Source of the DNA: Paecilomyces variotii
Lineage: Eukaryota
Reading direction: 5' to 3' (one strand)
DNA length: 64,000 nucleotides
Assembly (NCBI GenBank): GCA_004022145.1
Contig: RCNU01000010.1
Positions within the stretch are counted from its first letter, which is position 1; every line of letters starts with the position of its first letter. Under the pieces are notes generated by a model. It was not told the DNA's origin. It did no database searches and saw only the letters and a list, made by a program, of their open reading frames with translations. The translations under genes were made by a program, and so were the position numbers. Shown here in pieces: positions 49,877 to 62,096 of this stretch.

Positions 49877-52800
49877 ATGGAGCACTCAAAGCTGTCGAAC
49901 CTAGCAACCTCGGAGAGCGATAATAATGGAAATAATGGACATGAGCTGTCGCGGGCTACCTCACCGGGTGGTGCGCCGTCAGAGACGAACGGCACCATCG
50001 ACGGTGAAAAGAAAGCTAGAGTGAGGCCGCGCACCTACCCATACTTTAAATACATGCCGTATGAGCTCGAAGACGACAGCGATAGACAGAAGAATCTGCA
50101 CGATATCCTCAGATGCCTCTATATTGCTATTGAAGCTGGAGATTTCAGCCCAGGTGCAGTACACTGGACTCGCGAACTGAGAGGATGGCTATCACTCAAA
50201 TTCGACCCGACGCGGGAGGAACGGATCAAACTGGTGAAGCTTTACTATGAGCTTTCGCTGGCTCCGGGCATCGACCCCAATGTTGCGGAGAGATTCGCTA
50301 GCATGTTTATGTTCCTAACGAAGTAAGTTGGCTCCGCTGCTTGGATACGACGCTATGGCTGACCGTGCACCGCAGGCGTAAGCATTATCTTCGACCCGTA
50401 AAAGAGCTTCTACTGGACTGGAGGCCTCTCTACAAGGAGCTGAAGACCTTCGTCCTGCCTACGGAGTCGGGATTGGTGCACTCTACGAATCTCAAACGCA
50501 ACATCAAGACCCTAACTAAGCTCTGCGCGTTTTCTCAGCTCTACTTTGACCCATGTGAGTTGCCAGCAATGCTGGAGGAGTTTCTTCCGCATTACACGGC
50601 GTCCTTCTCAGAGGGAGCGTTTGTGGTAGTCGGTCTCATCAACCTACTACTGCCCACGGCACCGCCTCCAGCTTCCAGAATGGACCTCCTGCCACAGAAT
50701 TATTTGCCGACATATTTTCACCTTTGGTCTTTGATCAACCGATCCAAGACATTTGACATGAACTTCCTTGATTTCCTTTCTCGGCTGGCTCGAGACTCAT
50801 TGCCTGCGGGCCATATCACCTTTTCGGAGTATGGTATCTTCACGAAGGATCAATCATCTCTCATCTTCACAGCCATCCTGAGACTACTGGAGATTCCAGT
50901 TGGACAGTCAACATCTCCATACAGTGCCCTAGTTGATATCTCATCGGGATTGGGTATCATGCTCGATAGGGATTCGCGGAAGCATCCCGTCGCTCACCAC
51001 ATTGCCCGATGGATTGTGATGTCGCTGTCTCCAGCTTGTCTCGAGACCGAAGAGTCTATTCTGTCACAACTTGAAGCTCTTATACAAGCTGTTGAGACTT
51101 TCTTCCACCCCTCAAATTCAGGAGCTTGGACGAGGACACTTGCCCAGCTTGTGTACTACCTGTCGGACTTCTTCGTCATGCGCTGGAACCGTGAGCACAC
51201 GGGAGAGATGGAGATACCCCCTGAGCGGAGGCTAAACGAACCTCTGAAGAGGCGTTTCGTACTCTGTCTTCGAGATGTGATATTCATGGGCATCTATGCC
51301 AAGAGTGGCACAGCCATGAACTTCTCGCTCTCTACGCTGCAGAGCTTGGCCTACCTTGAGCCGCATCTGATCCTGCCTGGGGCCCTGCAAAGAATATACC
51401 CGTCAATGCAGGGGCTGGTTGAGGTTCACCGAACAACCTCGTCTCTCCGATCGCTACAGGTACTGTCAAGGATTATGACGAGGACGAAGGGGTTCCGCTG
51501 CCATATGACAACCCTTTTGGGACTTGCCTTGCCTGGCATCGATGCCAATGATCTGGAGAAGTCCCTTCATACCTTATCGTTCATTCAATCTGTCTGTTAC
51601 AACATTCCCTTTGATGACTTGACGAAAGGCCGCGACGATGTGAACTGTAACATGTTGGCTATGCAATGGATTACTGGAGAGCTTGAGCGAATGGAGGAGG
51701 AAGGAGTCGGAATTCAGTTGAACTACGATACGGAACTCAGTGATGAAACTGAGGAGATGATCCTGCGCTCTTCAACAACTGGATTCTCCGAATTTCTGAT
51801 ATCCTTCCTCGGTCGAGTGTTCACGCTTTTGGAGAACTTGCCCGACGCTTCGCGGGTGCGCAGTGGCTCTCCTGAAGAGAATGTTGTGAACACTCTACCC
51901 GCGACTTTGATGCCTTTGCTGGCGTCTCTGTCTCCGGAGCTTTACGATATCGCCTTGACCAAGATAGTCGACTTCGTATCGAACCATGTGATCCATCAAG
52001 CGCGAGATGCCATGGCCTTTATCTGCAATTCCCTTTGCAAGGTGAACCCAGAAAAGGCTCTCAAGCGTCTCGTCCCTCTGTTAACTCAGGCTATACGCAC
52101 TGAGATCGATGAAAATGGGGCTGCTTCAACCAGAACGACAGGATCTGACGTCCTTCCCCGCGATCGAGCTCTCGTTTGGAACGTCAGTATGTTGAGTATG
52201 TGCGTTGTGCACGTGGGAGATGCCGTTTTGAAGCATAAGGAGGCACTCTTTGATATCGCAGTGTACATGCAGGAGAAGTGCAAGGGGATACCGACCGTGC
52301 ACATTTCCAACTTCATCCATCACCTGCTCCTTAATCTTACTGTGACATACACGATTGACTATTCGCTGTACGAGCCTGCAGCTATTGCTGAAGGAATCCA
52401 GCCTGAACATTGGGGCTATAGACAGGACCCTGACAATTTAACTGTCAGATGGCATGTTCCAAAGCGTGAGGAACTTGAGTTCGCCGTGGCTCTTTTCCAA
52501 AACCAGGCAGAAAGTGCCATCCGACAGCTGAAGGAGCTTACGACCGATACATCGAGTATCAAGCGTGATGGAAGCGGCAAGGAATGGTCTGACGAAGTGA
52601 CCCGAAAGCTTGTGCTTCTCCGTCTTATCATATCCGGCATCTCGATGTTGTTTGACCCCAAAGCAGTTTCAAAGACTGACAAGGATGCACCGGATGGGCA
52701 TATATCCGATGCGGAGATGGCGGACGCAGACGGCCGTGTATCCAATGGCGACAATAATGCCGAGGATCCCGATTCCACCCTGGACACTTCTGATGAGGAA

Positions 52801-55800
52801 ACGGTCAGAGAGACGTTCACTTATCCGACCGGTTATCCTCTAGACGAGAATGACCCACTCTACGTCACAATTCATGACATTCGGGAGCGAGCCGGATGGG
52901 TCCTCCATGAGGTCCATAGGTTCCTGACCGAGAAACAGGAAGATGATGTCGCTTGCTTTGGGGCCCTCTATACTGCCTACAGGTCGTGGTTCATCGACGT
53001 GGGTATTGAGAGATCGGCCCACGTCCTTGATAGGGTCAGTCGGCTTCTTGCTGCAGATATCCATCCATACAAAGTCAGCGGTATTCGGAAGGATTACCCT
53101 CGTCCTTTGCTCGTACGCAGGGCGAATGTGTACCACTTGCAACGCCTAAGGCACAACGCCAATCCAAGGCCTCGCTCCAAGCTGGATGAGATCTTGCTGT
53201 TGGACATCGCGGAATCGTGTGTCTCTCTTTACACAGATACCCGCCGTAATGCCCAGAGTGCTGGCGAGTCAGCTCTCAAAGCCATCTGGGGCTCTCGGTT
53301 GGTGGTGATCCCCCCATTACTGAAAGCCCTGCAGAAGGCAGTAAAAGAGAACGATCATCCACGCATCAAGGGTGCTTTGTACTCGCTTTTGTTTGGCAGC
53401 CTTGCGAAGACTGTTGGAAGACACTGGAAGTACACACCGACGTTGATAAGAACATATATCGCTGCCAGCGCTGTTGACAAGCCCTCTGTTCAGAAACTGT
53501 GTTCCGGAGCTGTGTATCAAATCATGGACTATGGTCGTGCCATGGAGAGGATGGCCATTCTCGATCAAGATATCGTCAAGTCAATAGCTCCGACAGATAA
53601 CGTTGACCAAGAAATTGAACAGAAGCGCAAGTCAATAAACAACAAGCGCGTGACGATTGAGAAGAAGAAAGCAGATCTCTCAGAGGAGTTGGTCAATCTG
53701 GCCAGAACTTCTCACTGGAAGATCGCCAGCCGGGCAGCCACGATTGTGATCAGTATGGGTCTGCGGTTTGACTACATTGCCAGTCAGAACCTGGTGGATC
53801 TGGTCACGCAGGGCTCAATCGACGACCATCCTGGTCTTCGCGGCATGTACTCCCAAGCACTTATTGCTCTGTTCACGATGATAGACGTTCGAGCAATCTG
53901 CTCTCATAATTACGAGGACTATGTCTTGGGACGCCAGAATTTCCCTTCGAGGATCCAAGTAGCCACTAAGCGCTACGAGAAAGGTTGGACGGAAGAGTAC
54001 TTGTCGAGCTTCGCAAAGCCCGAAGCTGAGTACTACATCGATCATGACTTCCCCGGCTGGCTCGTGTGGGCAGAGACCATGCCGGCTTATAAATCCAACG
54101 TCAGGTACGATATCGAATATGACGATGTGGAGTGGAAGGTGCGCTCTCATATGGGCAAGCTCTTCGACCGCAAATGGTTCCGGAAGTTCTTTGAGTACCT
54201 CAAGCAAGAACCCCGAGATGCATCAGCCGACAAGTTCCGTATGGCTTGTGCTATGATGCTTCTCTACGTGTTTGAATTGATGTTCAGAGACGAATTGACT
54301 GCCGTGACCTTTGACGAGATCAAGGAAGAAATCGCGGCGGTCTTTGAAGATGGCAGTGACAAGCACCAGCATCGAGCCACGGCAGAGATTCTGGGAGCTT
54401 TGATTAGCTCCGTCACAGATACGAGTGTCGAAAAGAGAACAGTGGTCTGGGAATATGCCTTCCCGATTGTTAGAAAGATTTTTACCGATGGGCTGACACC
54501 GGAGAACTCTGGTTATTGGACCACTTTCCTTCATATGATCCTGCAATGCCGCGATCCTCGTCGTGCCTGGCCATTGGTTGATTGGCTCGCGAGCTTTAGG
54601 TTGGATATGACATCGAACGCTGCGTTCAAAGAGAGCTCCAAGATTAATCTACTGCACCAGTGCATCATTGATGCAGGATGGCATTTCCAACTAGAGAAGC
54701 CAATCCTCCAAGACTTCCTTGGGCACCTTGACCATCCGTACAAGGGGGTCCGCGAGGCAATGGGACAGACGCTTGGAACAATTTACCGCACAAGATATCA
54801 CGAGTCATATTCAGATGTGAATGAACTCGTGAAGTCTCAGAAGTCAGCGTCGTCCATCGGCACTTATCCGTACCATCCAACAGAGGAATTCAGCAAGACT
54901 CTGCGTGATGTGTTCGAAAGACTCGAGAAGTGGCGACATGAGAGGGAGCCTGGTCAGCAGACACCTTCGTCCTACACTTCGGGTAGCAAGACCGTGCTGC
55001 TCTGGCTCGACTCTACGCTCTCCTCGCATGAATGCACGCAACTTGTACCTTTCTTCCCAGATGTCTTTACTGAGCAGCTGTTGCACATGATGGACGTCAA
55101 GGAAGACCCGGAATTGCAGTCCCTGGCATATCATGTCTTCCGCCATCTGCCAAACATCCCATATCCCGCGGAAGATAACTCACAGTTTATACAGTCGCTG
55201 ATACATATTGGCCTCACGTCAGCCTCCTGGCATCAGCGTCTGCGAGTCATGATCAACATGCAAATCATCTATTTCCGCCGTTTGTTCTTGATATCTGGTG
55301 GAGACCGCGAAAAGCTCTTTGAATGCATTGCGACTATGCTTCAGGATTCTCAGCATGAGGTCCGGGCTGGTGCCTCAGCTACACTGTCCGGCATGATCCG
55401 TTGCTCTCCGGTCGGTTTGCGCGAGCAAATGGTTCAGAGACTGAAAGACCGTTTCACGAAAACCCTTGTCGAAAACCCCTTGCCAAAGAAACCGAGAAAC
55501 TTCCGTGGATTGTCACCCGCTCCTTCTTCTGGAGCCAGCACTCCTACACCCGAACATACCCGTCTTATAATTATCCGACACGCAGCGGTTCTGGGACTGG
55601 GAGCTCTCGTGCAGGCCTTCCCGTACACAAGCCCACCGCCAAGTTGGATTCCTGAAGCACTGGCGATCCTGAGTACGAAAGCCGCAAATGACCCGGGTAT
55701 TGTTGGCCAGAGTGTGAAGTCTATCATTAGTGAATTCAAGAAGACCAGACAAGATACATGGCACATCGATGCTAAGGTAAGGTTCCTATTCTACTGCTCT

Positions 55801-55898
55801 TCTCCATTTGGAATGACTAACACCTCTCCTTGTAGGCATTTACACCGGACCAGCTTGAAGATCTGTCTGGCGTGCTTTGGAAGAGCTACTTCGCGTGA
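49877..55898 (+). CDS. BLM10: Proteasome activator Blm10/PA200; exons 49877-50322, 50376-55776, 55836-55898
   Basis: About 2000-aa HEAT-type protein with ETFFHPSNSGAW, LPGIDANDLEK and FKKTRQDTW; the spliced last exon AFTPDQLEDLSGVLWKSYFA ends in the aromatic motif that docks on the 20S core. Confidence 0.95.
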
Positions 55899-56496
55899 GG
55901 AGGTAAGGGTCTGTAATCTACCATCAGCGAAAGGCGTCCACGACGCCTTCTCATCTTCATTGAAGCGGGCGCCGAATGCGGACTTGAACAGTTTACTCTA
56001 TGTTCGCAGAATTGCCCACTTTCGCTATGCCACATTGGCTAGCTTCTCCTGGTATTCTTATCTCTTTATTATCGGTGACGACTTCTCCTTCAAGGATATA
56101 TTGATCTATAGGGTAACGAGTCCGTCTTGCCGTTCGGACTTGTGGTGGTTGGAAATGCGATTCGGGTACGGTTGCGGTTCGTAAAATGGTGGCAGCTCCG
56201 AGATAATGTCAATTTGATGACCTGTATCTGATGCTTTGAAAGTGTATTTCATAATAGAAGCTTTTCATGTGAAGTATCCGAGACCTGCAAGGTCTAAATT
56301 GCATCTACCACTTAGTAGCTTTTCCTAGACTGATATTGAGTGTCGAAATCGGTATGTCCAGCACCTATGGGAGCTGAGCACTGCGCTATTATGTAGGATT
56401 TCCATGTTACAGACTTGGATTGTGACTTCAAAATACGTAGTCGGTAACGGGGGATCTCCATCGATAGTCATACCTGTAGCGTCGTAAACCGTCCAG

Positions 56497-56515
56497 ATCA
56501 CGTGATGCACGTGAC
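56497..56515. promoter_or_regulatory. Tandem E-boxes ATCACGTGAT-GCACGTGAC upstream of VPH1
   Basis: Two CACGTG cores 9 bp apart, about 210 bp upstream of the ATG. Confidence 0.55.
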
Positions 56516-56718
56516 GCAGCTGCATCGGGCCAGCGTCGTAGCTGGCTTGGAACATCAACCACCAGGGCTGATTCCTGAGTTGTGGCTCGTCTGCACCACG
56601 TCCTTTATAAACGATACCCGAGTGTTTTGACTGTCTTTGCCAACAGGCAGGTCCTTGTTTGAAGGCATTCGATTGTTGGCGCGGTTAGAAGGGCCTGTTA
56701 CAGGCAGCTTCGCCCACC

Positions 56719-59597
56719 ATGGCTGCTCCGAAGGACACCTTCTTCCGCTCTGCGGATATGAGCTTGACACAGCTCTATATCGCAAATGAGATTGGTCGAG
56801 AAGTCGTTGGTGCACTGGGAGAGATTGGGCTGGTCCAGTTCCGAGACGTGAGTTTCTCTTCCAACCTGGGGAGGAAGGAAGCAAGGATACGGGATGGAAT
56901 GGCGACGCGCCCCGTTAGGAAGATGGGGAGAGCTCGGATGTTGACTTTATGATTGTCTGCAGTTGAACCCGGATACCACCGCTTTCCAGAGGACTTTTAC
57001 GAAGGAGATCAGACGGTTGGATAATGTGGAGAGACAGCTGCGTACGTTTATGGTTGTTTGCTGGATATAGCATGCGAGTGCTGATTGCGGATTGTGTCGC
57101 TTAGGATATTTTCACTCCCAAATGGAGAAGGCGGGTATTCCGATGAGATCGTCTTCTGAATTCGCGAATGCACTGGCGGCTACTTCGGCCTCGGAGATCG
57201 ATGACCTCGCTGAACGCAGTGCAAGTCTGGAGCAGCGCATTGCTTCCCTCAACGATAGTTATGAGACGCTGAAGAAGCGGGAGGTCGAACTTACCGAGTG
57301 GCGCTGGGTGCTCAGAGAAGCTGGTGGCTTTTTCGACAGGGTGCGTTATAGTTGTTTTGACGATTGGAGGGCTGCGGACGAGTAGGCTGACACTGGTTTA
57401 GGCACACGGCCATACGGAGGAGATCCGTCAATCCTTCGACAACGATGAGGCTCCCCTGCTCCGGGACGTCGAGCAGCAGGTTCCTCGCGGCCAGAACGGT
57501 GATGCTCAGGCTCAGCAATCTTTCTCCGTTATGAACATCGGCTTCGTTGCAGGTGTCATTACGAGGGACCGCATTGGAGCGTTTGAACGTATCTTGTGGC
57601 GTACCTTGCGTGGTAACCTCTACATGAACCAGTCCGAGATTCCGGAGCCTATCATCGACCCAAGCAACAATGAGGAGATCCACAAGAACGTTTTCGTGAT
57701 CTTCGCTCACGGTAAGGAGATTCTTGCGAAGATCAGAAAGATTTCCGAGTCTCTTGGGGCCGATTTGTACAATGTCGATGAGGACAGTGAGCTTCGGAGA
57801 GACCAAATTCATGAGGTCAACACCCGTTTGGACGATGTTAGCAATGTCCTGCGCAACACCAAGAACACTCTTGATGCCGAGCTCACGCAGATCGCTCGCT
57901 CGCTTGCCGCTTGGATGATCATTGTCAAAAAGGAGAAAGCTGTCTATAATACACTTAACAAATTCTCCTATGACCAGGCCAGAAAGACTCTGATCGCGGA
58001 GGCTTGGTGTCCCACCAACTCTCTCCCCTTGATCAAGTCAACTCTGCAGGACGTCAATGACCGTGCCGGTCTCTCGGTCCCGACTATTGTCAATCAGATC
58101 CGAACGAACAAGACCCCGCCAACCTTCATGAAGACGAACAAGTTCACCGAAGGTTTCCAGACAATCATCAATGCCTACGGTATTCCCAAGTACAAAGAAG
58201 TCAACCCAGGTCTGCCTACGGTTATTACTTTCCCCTTCCTGTTCGCTGTCATGTTCGGTGATTTCGGTCACGGTATGCTCATGACTCTGGCTGCCTGTGC
58301 GATGATCTTCTGGGAGAGGAAGCTTCTCAGGACCAAGTTGGACGAACTCACTTACATGGCCTTCTATGGTCGCTATATCATGTTGATGATGGGTATCTTC
58401 TCGATGTACACCGGTTTCCTCTACAACGATATCTTCTCGAAGTCGTTCACCATCTTCCCCAGTCAGTGGCAGTGGCCTGAGCATATCCACAAGGGCGAGT
58501 CTGTCGAAGCTTCGCTAAAGGATAACTACCGCTATCCATTTGGACTCGACTGGAACTGGCATGAAGCGGACAACGGTCTTCTCTTCACAAACAGTTACAA
58601 GATGAAGTTGAGTATCTTGCTGGGCTGGTCTCACGTAAGTACCCTGTGGTTTTTAAGTTCTGACTGAAGGCGACATGAACTCACAAATGTCTAGATGACT
58701 TACTCTCTTTGCTTGCAATACATTAACGCGCGACACTACAAGTCGAAGATCGATATCTGGGCCAACTTTATCCCTGGAATGATCTTCTTCCAGTCGATTT
58801 TCGGTTACCTTGTTATCACCATTGTGTACAAGTGGTGCGTTGACTGGACCGCCAGAGGCCAGTCTCCGCCCGGTCTGCTTAACATGCTGATCTTCATGTT
58901 CCTCAGCCCGGGTACAGTCGATGATCCACTGTATCCCGGACAGGCTAGTGTCCAGGTCCTGCTGTTGCTTCTCGCGCTTGTCCAGGTGCCTATTATGCTC
59001 TTCCTGAAGCCGTTTTATCTTCGCTATGAGCACAACCGAGCCCGTGCTCTCGGCTACAGAGGTCTGGGCGAGCAGTCGAGAGTGAGCGCGCTTGATGAGG
59101 ATGGCGATGCAGACGGTCGTATCTCCGAAGGACGGGACAGCATGGTCAGCGATGGCGAAACTGTCGCGATGATCACCCAGGATCTGGGCGACGAAGAGGA
59201 GCACGAGGAATTCGAATTTGGCGAAGCAATGATCCACCAGGTCATCCACACCATCGAATTCTGCCTTAACTGTATCTCCCACACGGCCTCTTACCTCCGT
59301 CTGTGGGCCCTTTCCCTTGCTCACCAGCAACTGTCTATCGTGCTGTGGAACATGACCATCGGGACTGCTTTCTCGCAGGAGTCGCCTGTTGTCCGTACTA
59401 TCATGGTTGTCGTCACCTTCTACCTTTGGTTCGTGCTCACGATTTGTATCCTATGTGTGATGGAGGGTACTAGTGCCATGTTACACGCCCTCCGTCTACA
59501 CTGGGTCGAAGCCATGAGCAAGCACTTCATCGGTGACGGTATCCCCTTCACACCGTTCAGTTTCAAGACCCTCCTCGAAGAGGAACCGGTGGATTGA
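56719..59597 (+). CDS. VPH1: V-ATPase V0 subunit a, 5 exons
   Basis: [72 protein letters not shown] (essential Arg), [10 protein letters not shown]. Confidence 0.96.
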
Positions 59598-60389
59598 AAT
59601 CTTCATTCCTTAACCTCTTCTTTCTTTTTTGGAGTTGATCTTTCCCGCCCTTCTTTTCGTCTTCTTTCTTCTATTCCTGCTATCTGCACAAGCGGTGACG
59701 GAGCAATCCTGTATTCAAATCGGATTGGATAGTAGATAGGTAGTAAGAGCTGTAGAAATATCAAATATATACCAATATATCTATCATATCAATTATGTCA
59801 TCCAAGAGAGAGAAAATAATATCTACTTAGTGGCTGTGGAGACAGCACATTGCGTAACTATGGTAGAAGTACTCTAAAATCGCCTTGTGTAATATAATAT
59901 TTCCTATTGTCATAGGGCTTTCAGACGTGATTTACCTTGCCTTCCAATATGGTAGCTACTTGCCACTCTGTAGTGGATTCACATGGTATCCGCCCTGACG
60001 TCATTTGCGTAACCAACTCTTCCAAGTTGTGCGTATCTAGAGTAAGTACGTACGCAATTTACTACAATAGTACGTGCTACATTGGCAGGGCTCTTACGAA
60101 AGGATTTGATGATGTGATGATAATATTATAGAATTTTTTTTCTTCTCTAGATTGCATTTCCTTAAAACGAGGTCTCTATACACAAGGGATATACATACTA
60201 AACGTTAAGATATAGAGTGCGTATAGTAGGCCCGGTAGATCCAGCTCGGTCCTATCCCAGTCATAAAAAATAAATAGTTTTGATAAAGAAGTTGAATATA
60301 GAGACCACGTCATATGCGAAGGGAAAAAGCGCTCGCGTGTGTGCTAGTCACGCATGAGACTTTTTGGGGCGGTCGTGATTTGGGTTCGT

Positions 60390-61519
60390 TTATTTGTTGT
60401 ACTTGTTGTACTTCTCGATGATCTTCTCAACCTCGCCCTTGGAGCCGAGGTAGACTCCGCTCTTGTCGTGGATGTGTTCTGGTACAACTTCGAGGAGACG
60501 CTCCATGCGGGAGTTGACGGCCAGACCACCGGCGTTCTCGAAGATCTGGGCCATCGGGGCACACTCGTACAGGATACGCAGTTTGCCCTTGGGGCTCTTG
60601 GAGTCGGAAGGATAGGCGAAGACACCTCCGTACAGGAGGGTACGGTAGGCATCGGCAACCATACTGCCGATGTAACGGGCGCTGTAGGGCTTCTTGCCCT
60701 CACCAGGGTACTTGAGGTCGTTAAAGTATTCCTTGGTCCAGTCGGCCCAGTAACAGCTGTTACCCTCATTGACGGAGTAGATGGCGCGAGTGTGAGGCAG
60801 CTTCATGTTGGGGTGGGTAAGGATGAACTCGCCCAGCGAGTTCTCCATGGTGAAGCCGTTGACAGTGCTGTCACGCATGGTGATGACGAGCTGCGCTGAA
60901 GCACCGTACATGGTGAAACCAGAGGCGACAAGCTCAGTACCCGGGCGCAGGAGGTCTTTGGCAGTGACCTTCTTGTTAGGACCTAGGACCTCCTCGGGGA
61001 GCTGGAAGATGCCAAAGATAGTACCAACAGAGACACCAGCGTCCAGGTTGGACGAACCGTCAATGGGATCACACACCACAGCATAGCGGGCGTGAGGGCT
61101 TTCGTCGAAAACGATGGCCTCCTCTTCTTCCTCAGACACGAGGATGCGGACCTTTCCGGATCCGCGCATGGCGGAAATAAAGATATCGTTACCAATCACA
61201 TCCAGCTTCTTCTGGTCATCGCCTGTGGTGTTGGAAGAACCAGCCAGACCAGTGAGGTTGATCAGGGAGGCACGACGGATGTAGTATGCGATGGACTTGA
61301 AGGCAAACTGCAGTGCGTGGCACAGAAGACTGTAGGGTCGAGCTGTCAGCCACTTGGATCAAGACTGGACAGTAGGGAGGGGATGTTCACAACTTACGTG
61401 AAGTCACCGGTTGCTTGAGGATGCTTCGTCTGCTCCTCGGTCAGGAACCGGGTCAGGGTGACAATGTCGGTGTTAATCTTCTCCTGTCCGACAGGAGGTG
61501 CGCTGCCGTTTGCGGCCAT
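60390..61519 (-). CDS. FBP1: Fructose-1,6-bisphosphatase (acuG-type); exons 61519-61398, 61329-60390
   Basis: INTDIVTLTRFL, GDDQKKLDV, DPIDGSSN, YSARYIGSMVAD, GKLRILYE. Confidence 0.97.
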
Positions 61520-61596
61520 TATGATAGATCGAGGGATAGAGTATTATATTTCTTGCTTTGAGAGTTTGGTGACCAGAGAAGGTCGATGATAGTCGC

Positions 61597-62096
61597 CCGA
61601 TATAAACCGTGATATCTCAACCTCGGTTCGGCGGGGAAAGGGGAACTCTAGAGATCCTTCCGGATTGATGCGGGGTATGTTGGTTGAGCAGAGAAGCAGC
61701 AACACGCTGAAGTCAGGAGTGGAGGGGAAAATGAATAAGTTAGATAGTTTCAAGTGAGAAGAGAAGGGGAAGCCGAGGAGCGAAGATGGCCTGGATTTAA
61801 ATGCAGGACGGTTATGGATCCTGCTGGAGCATCCTCGACTTCTTTGCCGGATCACAGGGTAAGACGTCAGAGGGTCTGGAGCGAGATAGCGCCAGCGATC
61901 CCGTCCAGGTACCTGTACCTACCCAGGAAGTCACTCTACGCGTATTCATTGCAAGGGAGATACATCGAAGCAGGTACCAATACCCACCGCGGGTGTCGTC
62001 ACAGCCAACGTGCTATTATTGTTTTCCCCGCGCTAGACTCTCTCCGGAAGCATCCGACATTTCCCGGGAGCTCCCTTCATTCCCCGGTTCTCCCCG
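61597..62096. promoter_or_regulatory. Cluster of five CCG-N7-CCG elements (AcuK/AcuM-type) in the FBP1 promoter, interleaved with SYGGRG CreA-type sites
   Basis: Sites at 61597-61609, 61661-61673 (inverted), 62044-62056, 62054-62066 and 62084-62096. Confidence 0.75.

Noticed and set aside
60354..61418. Plus-strand ORFs antisense to FBP1
   Set aside because: Same antisense shadow effect.
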